A stretch of 64,000 nt of DNA from Syntrophales bacterium (GTDB taxonomy: Bacteria; Desulfobacterota; Syntrophia; Syntrophales; UBA2210). Numbering within the stretch: position 1 is the stretch's first letter; each line of letters begins with the position of its first letter. The notes beneath the pieces are model-generated. The model was not told the origin of the DNA. It searched no databases and saw nothing but the letters and a program-made list of their open reading frames with translations. The DNA lies in assembly GCA_963666365.2 (NCBI GenBank), contig CAXXNF010000001.1, forward strand, positions 1,472,442-1,536,441, written 5' to 3'. Below are positions 9,141 through 18,903 of this stretch, piece by piece. The translations under genes were made by a program, and so were the position numbers.

Positions 9141-10253
9141 CTAGCCCACAAGTTTGGACATATTTGCCAGCACTGCTTCCGCTTCTTTTGCGATAGTCTG
9201 AACCAATTCATCAACCGTGGGCATGCTGGTGATACGCTGGGCAATTTCACCGCCAGCCATCATGGCCTTTTCTTTGTCTCCCGTGTATACGGCATCAATT
9301 GACTCGTCCTCGTATTCAATAAGTGACCTGTCTTCCATGTCCATATAGCTGTCGGGGGTCCCGAGGTACACTCCGGGCGACTTTTTCAGGGTGTTGATCG
9401 CGTGCGCTTCACTTCGGGCGTTTCTCAACCACCGGGCCGGGCCCACATAACCCCGTGCGACTAAGGTGCCACGGTCTTGGGCGTCTACGACGGCTTGTTT
9501 CCAGAGCGGGGGGAAATCACTTTCCTGCGTGGCGAGGAAGCGGGTACCCATCAGTGCTCCGTCGCAGCCCAGGGCCAGAGTGGCTGCCAGGCTCTTGCCG
9601 TCGCCGACTCCTCCGCCACCGACCACGAGCGTGTTCTCATCGGAGACAGCATCGACCACGGCGGGGAACAGCACCATGGAGTGAAGCGGTTCCCAGTGTG
9701 TATGGAAGCCGCCTTCATGACCCGAGGCAACGATTACGTCAACACCCGCCTTCTTGCAACGCTGGGCGGCTCTAACGGAAGGAATGATATGAATCCATTT
9801 GAATCCGGCCCCCTTGATCATGTCTCCCCAGCCCATCGGGTCGCCGGCGGAGGTGTACATTACCTTGAGGGTGTCTTTCATGTCGGGATTCTCTTCCCGC
9901 ACCTTGATGGCCGTTTCGATCATAACTCTCGAGTTCTCTTTGAGCTCCGCCGATACCATTACATTGGGTCCGAAAATGCCGCCTTTGTCTTTGACCAGGC
10001 GGTGGGTTCGTTTCAGAACCGATTCCAGCACCGTCGCCATATCGTCATCAAAGTTTGCCTCACCGGTCTCGCAAAAGGCTTTATAGACCAGGGGCTGAGT
10101 TTCTTTGTTGAAGACGCCGGCGGTGGAAAGCAGTCCGAGACAGCCGGCATTGGCGGCGGCAACACAGAGATTGTTGTTGCTGAAGGGGCCCATTCCCGCC
10201 TGAATGATGGGATATTTGATTCCAAGTAAATCACACAGTCTTGATTTAATCAT
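9141..10253 (-). CDS. Nitronate monooxygenase / FabK-like FMN-dependent oxidoreductase, copy 2
   Basis: Motifs LGIKYPIIQAGMG, GHEGGFH, GGGVGDGKS..A..ALG.DG..MGTRF and AGGEIAQRI. Confidence 0.85.
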   Translation of the reverse strand: MIKSRLCDLLGIKYPIIQAGMGPFSNNNLCVAAANAGCLGLLSTAGVFNKETQPLVYKAFCETGEANFDDDMATVLESVLKRTHRLVKDKGGIFGPNVMVSAELKENSRVMIETAIKVREENPDMKDTLKVMYTSAGDPMGWGDMIKGAGFKWIHIIPSVRAAQRCKKAGVDVIVASGHEGGFHTHWEPLHSMVLFPAVVDAVSDENTLVVGGGGVGDGKSLAATLALGCDGALMGTRFLATQESDFPPLWKQAVVDAQDRGTLVARGYVGPARWLRNARSEAHAINTLKKSPGVYLGTPDSYMDMEDRSLIEYEDESIDAVYTGDKEKAMMAGGEIAQRITSMPTVDELVQTIAKEAEAVLANMSKLVG

Positions 10254-10419
10254 AAAACATAACCTCCAAGTTATACGTATTGCAGTTTCACAACCATTCT
10301 TCGGGTATTCACAGTCAAGGAAGGCCCTTTACTTAAAAAGGAAGAAGGCAAATGCCTCCGTCATATTCGAGGGTGAAAGAATGAAAAATGAACACAGCGT
10401 AAATGAAAAATAATGTATC

Positions 10420-10455
10420 AAAAGCCGGAAACGTTTGAAAACGTCTCCGGCTTTT
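10420..10455 (-). terminator. Intrinsic terminator duplicated with the NMO-like gene
   Basis: AAAAGCCGGAAACG-loop-CGTCTCCGGCTTTT, homologous to 9086-9123. Confidence 0.8.
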
Positions 10456-10472
10456 GATTAAAACACTAGTGT

Positions 10473-11585
10473 CTAGCCCACAAGTTTGGACATATTTGTC
10501 ATTACTGCTTCCGCTTCTTTCACGATAGTCTGAACCAATTCATCAACCGAGGGCATGCTGGTGATACGCTGGGCAACTTCGCCGCCGGCCATCATGGCCA
10601 TCTCCTTGTTTCCTTCGTATACCGCCTTAATCGACTCGTTCTCGAATTCGATCAGCGACATGTCTTCCATGTCCATATAGCTGTCGGGGGTGCCGAGGTA
10701 CACTCCCGGTGACTTTTTCAGGGTATTGACCGCATGCTCTTCACTTCGCGGGGTTCTCAACCACCGGGCCGGGCCCACGTAGCCCCGTGCGACCAGGGTG
10801 CCCCGGTCTTGTGCATCAACCACGGTTTGCTTCCACAGCTGGGGGAAATCGCTTTCCTGTGTGGCGAGGAAACGCGTACCCATCAGCACTCCATCACAGC
10901 CCAGCGCCATGGTGGCTGCCAGGCTCTTGCCGTCGCCGACGCCGCCTCCGCCGACCACGAGTGTGTTTTCATCGGATACCGCGTCGACCACTGCGGGGAA
11001 CAGCACCATGGAGTGCAGCGGTTCCCAGTGCGTATGGAAGCCGCCTTCGTGACCCGAGGCGACGATGACGTCAACGCCCGCCTTTTTGCAGCGCTGAGCG
11101 GCTCTGACGGAGGGGATGATATGCACCCAGATAAATCCGGCGCCTTTGATCATCTCTCCCCAGCCCATCGGGTCGCCGGCGGAGGTGTACATTACCTTGA
11201 GAGTGTCTTTCATCTCGGGGTTTTCTTCACGCACCTTGATGGCCGTTTCGATCATAATTTTCGAGTACTCTTTGAGTTCCGCCGATACCATAACATTGGG
11301 TCCGAAGACGCCGCCTTTGTCTTTGACAAGGCGATGGGTTCTCTTCAGCACCGATGCCAGCACCGAGCCCATGTCGTCATCCGGATTTGCCTCTCCGGTT
11401 TCGCAAAAGGCGTTATAGATCCAGGGCTGGTCGTGTTTGTTGAAGAGACCGCTTGTGGAAAGCAATCCGAGGCAACCTGCATTTGCTGCGGCGACGCAGA
11501 GATTGTTGTTGCTGAAGGGACCCATTCCCGCCTGCATAATAGGATACTTGATCCCAAGCAGATCACACAGTCTTGATTTAATCAT
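10473..11585 (-). CDS. Nitronate monooxygenase / FabK-like FMN-dependent oxidoreductase, copy 1
   Basis: Same length (370 aa) as 9141..10253 and highly similar to it. Confidence 0.85.
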   Translation of the reverse strand: MIKSRLCDLLGIKYPIMQAGMGPFSNNNLCVAAANAGCLGLLSTSGLFNKHDQPWIYNAFCETGEANPDDDMGSVLASVLKRTHRLVKDKGGVFGPNVMVSAELKEYSKIMIETAIKVREENPEMKDTLKVMYTSAGDPMGWGEMIKGAGFIWVHIIPSVRAAQRCKKAGVDVIVASGHEGGFHTHWEPLHSMVLFPAVVDAVSDENTLVVGGGGVGDGKSLAATMALGCDGVLMGTRFLATQESDFPQLWKQTVVDAQDRGTLVARGYVGPARWLRTPRSEEHAVNTLKKSPGVYLGTPDSYMDMEDMSLIEFENESIKAVYEGNKEMAMMAGGEVAQRITSMPSVDELVQTIVKEAEAVMTNMSKLVG

Positions 11586-11816
11586 AAAAAAACCTCCAAG
11601 TTGATATAGTTATTGCAGTTTCATAACCACAATTGTTGGTGTAACGGCAGTTACGGTGTCCTCTAAGTATAACCTGTCCACCCGTGATGACATCGGTGAG
11701 ATGCGATGGTGCGATCCGGTTGTTTCATTTTTTTACAGGTCACTTTGTGACCGAAAGAACATATACAATAACAACACCCGTTGTCAAGAAATATCAAAGA
11801 GAATTGAGATCTTTTA

Positions 11817-11966
11817 TTGAACCCGGTCCTGTAAAAAGTTTGCAATCATCCTCTCCCCTGGGGGTGAGGGTGATAAATAAATAAATTAATTACGAATGAT
11901 TAAAAATCCTCTTCACCTTCCACCAGGGGAGGGGGGGTATACTATGAATTTTTACGGGTCCGTCAA
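11817..11966. mobile_element. Family-D miniature element (TTGA[C/T]GGACTCGTAAAAAGT...[A/G]ACTTTTTACG.G.CCGTCAA-like ends) carrying CCTCTCCCC/GGGGAGGGG palindromes
   Basis: Ends match 44143-44278, 58095-58250 and 52256-52276; the left end here is degenerate. The right end contains the nfi stop codon. Confidence 0.6.
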
Positions 11967-12658
11967 GATTCCGATTGCCCTGCCCGAAGTCGAAGTCTGT
12001 TGACGGCGAGGTGCGCCTGTCGTGTCGGTTCCGGAAGTTTATATCCCCTCATGGAGGACAGGACAAGGGCAATCGCCGACTCGAGGCCGATTTTGTGCCC
12101 CTGCGACACAAAAACAGGTTTTACCCCCTTTTTGGTCCTCAGGACGGCGCCCACGGTGTTGCCTTTATGCCGGAGGGGCGACCAGTCCCCGGGATTCTCG
12201 CCGGGAATGTCGCCTGCGCCCACGAGCCTGCGCTTGGCACAGCCGATTGTGGGAATGTCAAGAAACAGCCCAAGGTGAGAGGCAAGGCCGACACCACGGG
12301 GATGGGCGATTCCCTGGCCGTCGAATATAGCGACGTCGGGTCTGTGGCGAAGTTTCTCCCAGGCCTTCAAAAGGGGCGGTCCTTCCCTGAAGGAGAGCAG
12401 GCCGGGAATATAGGGAAAATCCACGGGCCCCTGCCATGATGCCTCTTCCATGACCTCCATGCTGTGGGCATCCAGGGCAACTACCGCGGCAAAAAAGAAT
12501 TTGTCGCCCCTGGAATAGGAGATATCGGCCCCGGCGATACAGGTGATGCGGTCAGGGCGCCCCCTGTCTTCAAGAACCAGTTGTCCGGCTATGTCGCGCT
12601 GAATTGCCGCCGCTTCTTGATATGTCACATTCCAATCGTGAAGATATCTTATATTCAT
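11963..12658 (-). CDS. nfi: Endonuclease V
   Basis: Motifs IAGADISY, FPYIPGLLSFRE, DGQGIAHPRGVGLASH, PVFVSQGH and LPEPTRQAH. Confidence 0.95.
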   Translation of the reverse strand: MNIRYLHDWNVTYQEAAAIQRDIAGQLVLEDRGRPDRITCIAGADISYSRGDKFFFAAVVALDAHSMEVMEEASWQGPVDFPYIPGLLSFREGPPLLKAWEKLRHRPDVAIFDGQGIAHPRGVGLASHLGLFLDIPTIGCAKRRLVGAGDIPGENPGDWSPLRHKGNTVGAVLRTKKGVKPVFVSQGHKIGLESAIALVLSSMRGYKLPEPTRQAHLAVNRLRLRAGQSES

Positions 12659-12673
12659 GGGGCTGCACAGGTT

Positions 12674-13627
12674 TCACGATGAATGATTCGTATCATCCCG
12701 GGCTTCGACGGCAAGGATTTCTTTTCCCCGCAGGATGTCCCTTTGAATCTGCGCCATCAGTTCCTCCGGTCCGGTGAATTTCATCTCGTCCCGCAACCGT
12801 TCTACAAAAAGGATCGTCACTTCCTTCCCGTAGATGTCGCCCTGAAAATCAAATAAATGGCCTTCCACGGACAGTTCGTTGTTCCCGAAGGTGGGGTTGT
12901 ACCCGATGTTGAGCACGCCTTCGTAACGGCTCCCCTCGATGAGTGCGTAGATTACATAGACGCCCTTTTTCGGGATCACCTTTTCCGATTGTATGTTTGC
13001 CGTGGGGAATCCCATGTCGGTGCCCCTCCGATATCCCCGTACGACTGTTCCGGAGATATCATAATATCGTCCCAGCATTTGAGAAACAGACCGAACATTT
13101 CCATCAAGAATCGCCAGACGGATGTTGGTGCTGCTCGAAATCTTTTCGCCGGCGCTCACGGCGGCAATCTGCTCTACCTCGAACCCCAGTTTTTTCCCGT
13201 AGCCGGTAAGATAGTCTGCGTTGCCCCCTTTGTCCTTCCCGAATTTGTAATCGTAGCCGATAAAAATCTTTCGAAGACGGAGCTTTTCCCACAGGATGTC
13301 TCGAATGAATTCTTCGGCGGTGGTGCGGGCGAATGCCATGGTAAACTCGATGAGTATCACGGCGTCGATGCCGCAGGATTCTATGAGTCGCAGTTTTTCT
13401 TCAACCGTTGTAAGAAGAAAAAAGGGCCGTCGTTCAGGATGGATTATTTTTTTGGGGTGGGGATCAAAGGTAATGACAACGGTCTTTCCCCCGTTGGTGT
13501 GTGCATCTTCCACCATGCGCGCGAAAATTTGCTTGTGTCCCAGATGAATGCCGTCAAAGTTTCCAATGGTGACGACTGCACCGGAAAGTTCCGCGGGAAT
13601 GGAGTCGAGTGATCTGTATACGTTCAT
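12674..13627 (-). CDS. ribF: Bifunctional riboflavin kinase / FAD synthetase
   Basis: Motifs TIGNFDGIHLGH, ISSSTNIR, GFPTAN, NIGYNPTF and RLRDEMKF. Confidence 0.96.
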   Translation of the reverse strand: MNVYRSLDSIPAELSGAVVTIGNFDGIHLGHKQIFARMVEDAHTNGGKTVVITFDPHPKKIIHPERRPFFLLTTVEEKLRLIESCGIDAVILIEFTMAFARTTAEEFIRDILWEKLRLRKIFIGYDYKFGKDKGGNADYLTGYGKKLGFEVEQIAAVSAGEKISSSTNIRLAILDGNVRSVSQMLGRYYDISGTVVRGYRRGTDMGFPTANIQSEKVIPKKGVYVIYALIEGSRYEGVLNIGYNPTFGNNELSVEGHLFDFQGDIYGKEVTILFVERLRDEMKFTGPEELMAQIQRDILRGKEILAVEARDDTNHSS

Positions 13628-13730
13628 ATGTAATCCATGCGTGGTTTTTATAGTTATTCCGTATGTTTTTAATTAATGCTTGAAAGTGTGAACCATAACA
13701 TGTATGGCAATATTTTCAAATATATTTTTC

Positions 13731-13758
13731 TTGACAATGCCGGGGGTGAGAGTATAAG
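13731..13758 (+). promoter_or_regulatory. Sigma70-type promoter of the tRNA gene
   Basis: TTGACA (13731) - 16 bp - TATAAG (13753), just upstream of the tRNA. Confidence 0.6.
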
Positions 13759-13776
13759 TTGCCTACAATTTCAAGT

Positions 13777-13863
13777 GCCGAAGTGGCGGAATTGGTAGAC
13801 GCGCTAGGTTCAGGGTCTAGTGGGCGTACGCCTGTCCGAGTTCGAGTCTCGGCTTCGGCACCA
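13777..13863 (+). tRNA. tRNA-Leu(CAG)
   Basis: GCCGAAG acceptor pairs with CTTCGGC and is followed by ACCA. D-loop GGAATTGGTAGAC, anticodon loop TT-CAG-GG, long variable arm, GTTCGAG T-loop. Confidence 0.97.
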
Positions 13864-13866
13864 TAT

Positions 13867-13908
13867 AAAAAACCAGGGGCGTTCCTCATGCGGGATGCCC
13901 CTTTTTTG
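13867..13908 (+). terminator. Intrinsic terminator after tRNA-Leu
   Basis: AGGGGCGTTCC-loop-GGGATGCCCCT followed by a T-tract. Confidence 0.75.
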
Positions 13909-13980
13909 TGGGCGGATGTCTGGTCTGTCTGGTCTATCTGGTCTGTCTGGAGGATTCTTTCTGCGAGCGATGGCCCGCTG

Positions 13981-14044
13981 CAGAACATAGAACGCAGAAC
14001 ATAGAACATAGAACATAGAACGTAGAACGCACAACATAGAACAT
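13981..14044. repeat. 7-bp tandem satellite (AGAAC[A/G][T/C]) x ~9
   Basis: cagaacatagaacgcagaacatagaacatagaacatagaacgtagaacgcacaacatagaacat. Confidence 0.9.
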
Positions 14045-14063
14045 GATCCAAGGGGGACGTGGC

Positions 14064-14900
14064 ATGAAGCATCAAGAGGGAACATTCAAAGGATCGGCTG
14101 GGGGCGATATTTATTATCAATGGTGGCTTCCCGATGAGGCGCCGAGGGCGGTAATCCTCATTGTCCATGGATTGGCCGAACACAGTGGTCGTTACGGCAA
14201 TGTGGTCGATCACTTTGTTCCGCGCGGCTATGCCCTTTTCGGATTCGATCTTCCGGGGCATGGAAAATCTTTCGGAAGGCGGGTGCATGTGCACAGGTTT
14301 AAGGATTACACGGACACGGTCGATCGATGTCTCAGTATGGTGCGCACCTCCTTCCCGGACATACCCCTATTCCTCATCGGGCACAGCATGGGAGGCCTGA
14401 TCGCCGCCACATACCTGCTTGAACATCAGGACCGACCGGCGGCTGCGGTTCTTTCCGCGCCGAGTGTCAAGGCACATGACAATCTATCGCCCCTGACTGT
14501 TGCCCTGGGGAAGGTGCTGTCCTTCCTGATGCCCGGGGCCGGGATATTACAACTGGAGGCTGAAGGGGTCAGCCGTGATACAAACGTCGTGCAGGCCTAT
14601 GAAAAGGATCCTCTGGTATATCGGGGGAAGGTAACGGCCCGCCTTGCCGCAGAGCTTCTTGCGGCAATGCGGCGCCTCTCGGCGGAGGCATCGCGGATCA
14701 CGCTTCCTCTCCTGCTGCTGCAGGGAAGCGCCGACAGACTCGTCGATCCTGAAGGCGCCCGGCGCCTCTATGACAAAGTCAGTTCCTCCGACAAAAAGAT
14801 CCTGATATACGAGGGGTTGTACCACGAAGTGTTCAACGAGCCCGAGCATGCACGAGTGCTGCAGGACGTTGATGACTGGCTGGAATTGCACCTCCGGTGA
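14064..14900 (+). CDS. Alpha/beta hydrolase (lysophospholipase / monoacylglycerol lipase family)
   Basis: Motifs VHGLAEHSGRY, DLPGHGKS, GHSMGG and GLYHEVFNE. Confidence 0.9.
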   Translation: MKHQEGTFKGSAGGDIYYQWWLPDEAPRAVILIVHGLAEHSGRYGNVVDHFVPRGYALFGFDLPGHGKSFGRRVHVHRFKDYTDTVDRCLSMVRTSFPDIPLFLIGHSMGGLIAATYLLEHQDRPAAAVLSAPSVKAHDNLSPLTVALGKVLSFLMPGAGILQLEAEGVSRDTNVVQAYEKDPLVYRGKVTARLAAELLAAMRRLSAEASRITLPLLLLQGSADRLVDPEGARRLYDKVSSSDKKILIYEGLYHEVFNEPEHARVLQDVDDWLELHLR

Positions 14901-14903
14901 GGG

Positions 14904-15285
14904 GTCTGTCTGGTTCGTTTGGGCCCGGTGAAATAGGCTTCGTATTTCATGGGTAAATCTGTTTGGTTCGTTGGATGCGTTAATAGCGTTATGATCGTTA
15001 AGAACGTTACGATCGTTGAGAACGCTCTTTTCTTTTTTCCTCTGCGCCTCGGCGTCTCTGCGCGAGAAGCTTTTTTTATTTCCCGCAGAGACGCAGAGTC
15101 CGCAGAGAAAGCCTTTTTATATCTCTCAAATCCTCTGCATTCTCTGTGCCCCTGCGCGAGCATGTTTTTTTGTTCTCCCGCAGAGGCACGCCGAGAACAA
15201 CTTGTTATTATCCCTTAAATCTCTGCGCGATATTTCCCACGCTTCTTACTCTTCCTACTTTTTGACTTTTCTTACTTTTTTCCCC
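14904..15285. repeat. Composite repeat tract: 9-bp GGTCTGTTT satellite, family-G hairpin, 9-bp CGTTAATAG satellite, family-A palindromes (15039-15230), TTCCTACTT satellite
   Basis: Each module matches copies elsewhere in the window. Confidence 0.85.
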
Positions 15286-15304
15286 CTGCAGGAGAACAAA
15301 AGTG

Positions 15305-15751
15305 TTACTTCAATGCCCTGAGATTTACATGGGCGATCCACTGCCATCGACCATCGGTCTGTGTCCATACACTGAGACGTGTTGCCGGAGCCGAGGAGAG
15401 GCGTGTGTTATCGATCGTTTCTTCCACAGATACAAAATAGGTCACGACGATCACCCCGCCCTGTTCCGTCACCTTGAAATTACTCAAGGTGTAGTTTCCG
15501 AGCGCAAGGCCCTTTATGAGCGCAATTTCTCCGTCGCGGTCCCGGGCGCCGTCTACATGGGCCGATTGAAATGCTGGGGCAATCTTTTCCGATACGCTGT
15601 TCCAGTTCCGCGCCTTAATATCTTTCCACATCTCCCGTTCCAGTTGTTCCCCGAGAGTCATATCGCCGGCGCATATGGGACCGCAGAGAGGTCCCAGCAT
15701 GAGGAGCATACCAATAAAGAGGCTCGCGAAGACCGGTTTTGTCAATGTCAT
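15305..15751 (-). CDS. Exported NTF2-like / DUF4440-type protein
   Basis: Signal peptide followed by LEREMW...; C-terminal RLSVWTQTDGRWQWIAH. Confidence 0.7.
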   Translation of the reverse strand: MTLTKPVFASLFIGMLLMLGPLCGPICAGDMTLGEQLEREMWKDIKARNWNSVSEKIAPAFQSAHVDGARDRDGEIALIKGLALGNYTLSNFKVTEQGGVIVVTYFVSVEETIDNTRLSSAPATRLSVWTQTDGRWQWIAHVNLRALK

Positions 15752-15769
15752 TTACTGTTTCCTTTCCTG

Positions 15770-17575
15770 CTAATCGTTGAAAAGATTATCCGTTGCTTCG
15801 ACGGTAATGCCTTCCGCCGTTGTCAAGGTAATTGCCAGCCCCCTGATCTTGGGCAGCTCATAGCCGAAGTGATACTGCATGGTGAGCAGCTTGCCTTTGT
15901 AAAAATCGACGTCTTCCGCCGGAGGGTTGCCGTCGAGGGCCTTCTGGGCGACGATGGAAACCTTGAGCAACTGCCAGGCAATACAGATATACCCGAAAAA
16001 TTCAAGATAGACCGTTGCGTCGGCCAGAAAGTAGTCGGGTCCTCTCTTCCCGGCGATGTCCGCCAGCGAGGCCGTTACCTGCTGCAGCAGCGTCATGGCC
16101 TCCTGAAGCGCAGCGGCGTATTTTTTCAATGAATCAAAGGTCTCGGCTTCCTTTACGGTCTTCTGCACTTCTTCCATGTATAACTGCGCCGCCTTGCCGC
16201 CCTTCATCATCATTTTCCTGCCCAGGAGGTCCATTCCCTGAATGCCCGTCGACCCCTCATGAATCGGGTGGATGCGCATGTCGCGGAAATGCTGCTCCAG
16301 GGGAAATTCTTCGCAGTAGCCGTAGCCGCCCAGGCACTGGATTCCGGCGCTCGTCGCCAGAATTCCCATTTCCGATGGATAGGTCTTTGCCACCGGGGTC
16401 AGGAGTTCGAGGAGCAGATTGTATCGTTCCTTTTCCTCTCCTTCGGTGGCATGATCAAGGTCGTGATACATCGCGCACTGTGTCAAAAGCGCCAGTGATC
16501 CTTCCACAACGGCACGCTGCAGCAGCAGCAGCCGTTTGATGTCGCTGTGCTCGATGATGGGAATCTGGGACGTGGTGGGATCTTTCTGGGAAAGCTTGCG
16601 TCCCTGCAGCCGCTCTCTCGCGTACTGCAGTGCGGCGTAATAGGCGGCGGAGGCGATGCCCGTGGCGCCGAGACCGACATCGATGCGGGCGCCGTTCATC
16701 ATCTGGAACATGTAGGCAAGGCCTTTATGGGGTTCTCCTACCAGCCAGCCGCGGCAGTCGTTTTCTTCGCCCAGACTCAGCTGGACGATGGGGGATCCCC
16801 GATAGCCCATCTTATGGTAGATGCCGGCGGAATGGACATCGTTGAATTCGAGGCTGCCATCGTCTGTGTAGCGTTCACGGGGCACCACAAAGAGAGAGAT
16901 TCCCTTGACGCCGGCCGGGGCGCCTTTGATTTTGGCCAGAAGGAGGTGCACGATATTGTCCACGCCGTCATGATCCGCGGCCGAAATAAAGATCTTCTGT
17001 CCCTTGAGTTTGTAGTATCCTTCCTCGGTGGGTTCCGCCGTTGTGGCGATATCGGAAAGCGAACTGCCCGCCTGGGGTTCCGTAAGCGCCATGGTGCCCT
17101 GCCACTCGCCCGCCATCATTTTGGGCAGGTACTTTTCCTTCATCTCATCGGTGCCGAAGCTGTTGATCAGTCCGGCGGCGCCCGTGGTAAGTCCGGCGAA
17201 TACGGAGGCCGAGTAGTTTGCGGCGTTGAATATATACGCAGCAAGGAGATTTATTGTGAGGGGGAGTTGCTGACCTCCGACCTCATAGGGGAATTCAGCG
17301 CCGATCCATCCGCCGGCCCCGTTTTCTCTCATGATCGTTCGTACGTGGGGGTGGACCTTGACCCTCCCGTCCACCAGTTCTACGGGCAGGCGGTCCATTT
17401 CCTCGAAATAGGGCTTGTACAGATCCTCTCCCATTTTCAGCGCCGTATCGAGCACCATATCGAATGTTTCTCTGCTGTGATCCGCATAATAGGGATACTG
17501 GGTGAGTTGGGCAACATCAAACACATCATGGATCAAAAACTTAACGGTTTTTTCACTTACGAATTTCTCTGCCAT
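15770..17575 (-). CDS. Acyl-CoA dehydrogenase (long, ~600-aa type)
   Basis: Motifs GTMALTEPQAGSSL, GQKIFIS, KGISLFVVP, MFQMMNGARI and GGYGYCEEFPLEQHFRDMRIHPIHEG. Confidence 0.93.
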   Translation of the reverse strand: MAEKFVSEKTVKFLIHDVFDVAQLTQYPYYADHSRETFDMVLDTALKMGEDLYKPYFEEMDRLPVELVDGRVKVHPHVRTIMRENGAGGWIGAEFPYEVGGQQLPLTINLLAAYIFNAANYSASVFAGLTTGAAGLINSFGTDEMKEKYLPKMMAGEWQGTMALTEPQAGSSLSDIATTAEPTEEGYYKLKGQKIFISAADHDGVDNIVHLLLAKIKGAPAGVKGISLFVVPRERYTDDGSLEFNDVHSAGIYHKMGYRGSPIVQLSLGEENDCRGWLVGEPHKGLAYMFQMMNGARIDVGLGATGIASAAYYAALQYARERLQGRKLSQKDPTTSQIPIIEHSDIKRLLLLQRAVVEGSLALLTQCAMYHDLDHATEGEEKERYNLLLELLTPVAKTYPSEMGILATSAGIQCLGGYGYCEEFPLEQHFRDMRIHPIHEGSTGIQGMDLLGRKMMMKGGKAAQLYMEEVQKTVKEAETFDSLKKYAAALQEAMTLLQQVTASLADIAGKRGPDYFLADATVYLEFFGYICIAWQLLKVSIVAQKALDGNPPAEDVDFYKGKLLTMQYHFGYELPKIRGLAITLTTAEGITVEATDNLFND

Positions 17576-17587
17576 GGCATTCTCCTC

Positions 17588-18871
17588 CTATTCGACAATT
17601 TTTATGATCACGTAGCTTTTTTTTCCTTTGCGTAAGCGTATTTCTCCGTAGTCGTCGAGCTGACCGATTCCGATTATATCGTCAAACCGACCGATTGTTG
17701 AGCCGTTGGCATAGGCGCCGCCCTGCGCAATGAGACGCCGGGCCTCTCCCCGAGACGAGCATAGTCCCACTTCTTCAAAAAGTTCGAATGCGGCGATGCC
17801 TTTTTCCAACTCTTTCCTGGATTTGTTGATGGTGGTAATTGCCGAGCGGTCGCCGGTGAGCGCCCGGCGAGGAATGGCGCTTGAAGGGAAGAGTTTCGAG
17901 TCCACGGGCCGCAGGTTGAAGGCGGCGGCGGAGGCCTTCCATGCCGACAGGGCCGCCTCCTCGTCATGGGTGATTTTTGTCGCCTCAAAGGCAAGTACCG
18001 ACTTTGCCATATTCAGTTCCGCATCGACCAGCGTCCGCACCACCCTGATTTCCTCCATGGGCAGGAAGGTAAAAAGGGCGAGAAACCGTTCCACATCGGC
18101 ATCTTCCGTGTTGATCCAGTATTGAAAATAGTCGTAGGGAGAGGTGAGGGCGGCATCGAGCCATACCGTTCCCTTTTCCGTTTTACCCATTTTGTGGCCC
18201 TGAGCGGTCGTAAGCAGGGGAAAAGTGATACCGTACACCCTTGTTTCTTCCAGTCTTCGGGTGAGATCGATGCCGGCGACGATATTTCCCCACTGGTCGT
18301 TCCCCCCCATCTGAAAGGTGCAGCCGTAATGTTTGTTCAGATAGTAAAAATCGTAGGACTGGAGCAGCATGTAATTGAATTCGATGAAATTAAGACCCGT
18401 TTCCATCCGCATACGGTAGCTTTCGGCGGAAAGCATTCGGTTGACGCTGAAGTGCCTTCCGATATCTCTCAGAAATTCTATGTAATTGAGCTCGGTCAAC
18501 CAATCAGCGTTGTTCAGAAGGAGAGCCTTTTCGTCATTGAAGTCAAGGTACCGCGCCAGCTGCTGCTTGATGGCCCCGGCATTTGTGTCGATTTCATCGC
18601 GGGTGAGAATGCGGCGCATTTCCGATTTGCCGCTGGGATCTCCGATAAGGGCCGTGCCGCCTCCCACAAGGGCGATCGGTCTGTGTCCCTCCCGCTGCAT
18701 GTGGACCAGCGACATGATGGGCACAAGGCTTCCAATGTGGAGACTCGTCGCCGTAGGGTCGAATCCTATGTAGCAGGTGACGGCGTGCCGCGCCAGCATA
18801 TCTCTGATAAGTGCTTCGTCGGTGACCTGTTCGATAAATCCCCGCTCGGCCAGTGTGTCATAGACGCTCAT
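17588..18871 (-). CDS. tyrS: Tyrosine--tRNA ligase
   Basis: Motifs YIGFDPTATSLHIG, GGNDQWGNI and KMGKT; C-terminal S4-like domain. Confidence 0.97.
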   Translation of the reverse strand: MSVYDTLAERGFIEQVTDEALIRDMLARHAVTCYIGFDPTATSLHIGSLVPIMSLVHMQREGHRPIALVGGGTALIGDPSGKSEMRRILTRDEIDTNAGAIKQQLARYLDFNDEKALLLNNADWLTELNYIEFLRDIGRHFSVNRMLSAESYRMRMETGLNFIEFNYMLLQSYDFYYLNKHYGCTFQMGGNDQWGNIVAGIDLTRRLEETRVYGITFPLLTTAQGHKMGKTEKGTVWLDAALTSPYDYFQYWINTEDADVERFLALFTFLPMEEIRVVRTLVDAELNMAKSVLAFEATKITHDEEAALSAWKASAAAFNLRPVDSKLFPSSAIPRRALTGDRSAITTINKSRKELEKGIAAFELFEEVGLCSSRGEARRLIAQGGAYANGSTIGRFDDIIGIGQLDDYGEIRLRKGKKSYVIIKIVE

Positions 18872-18903
18872 TATAAATACCCTTCACATATTATAGTGTA
18901 TAT

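Noticed and set aside
13777..14900. tRNA-Leu as an integration site for an island or prophage
   Set aside because: No integrase is adjacent and I saw no duplicated tRNA 3' end in the window.
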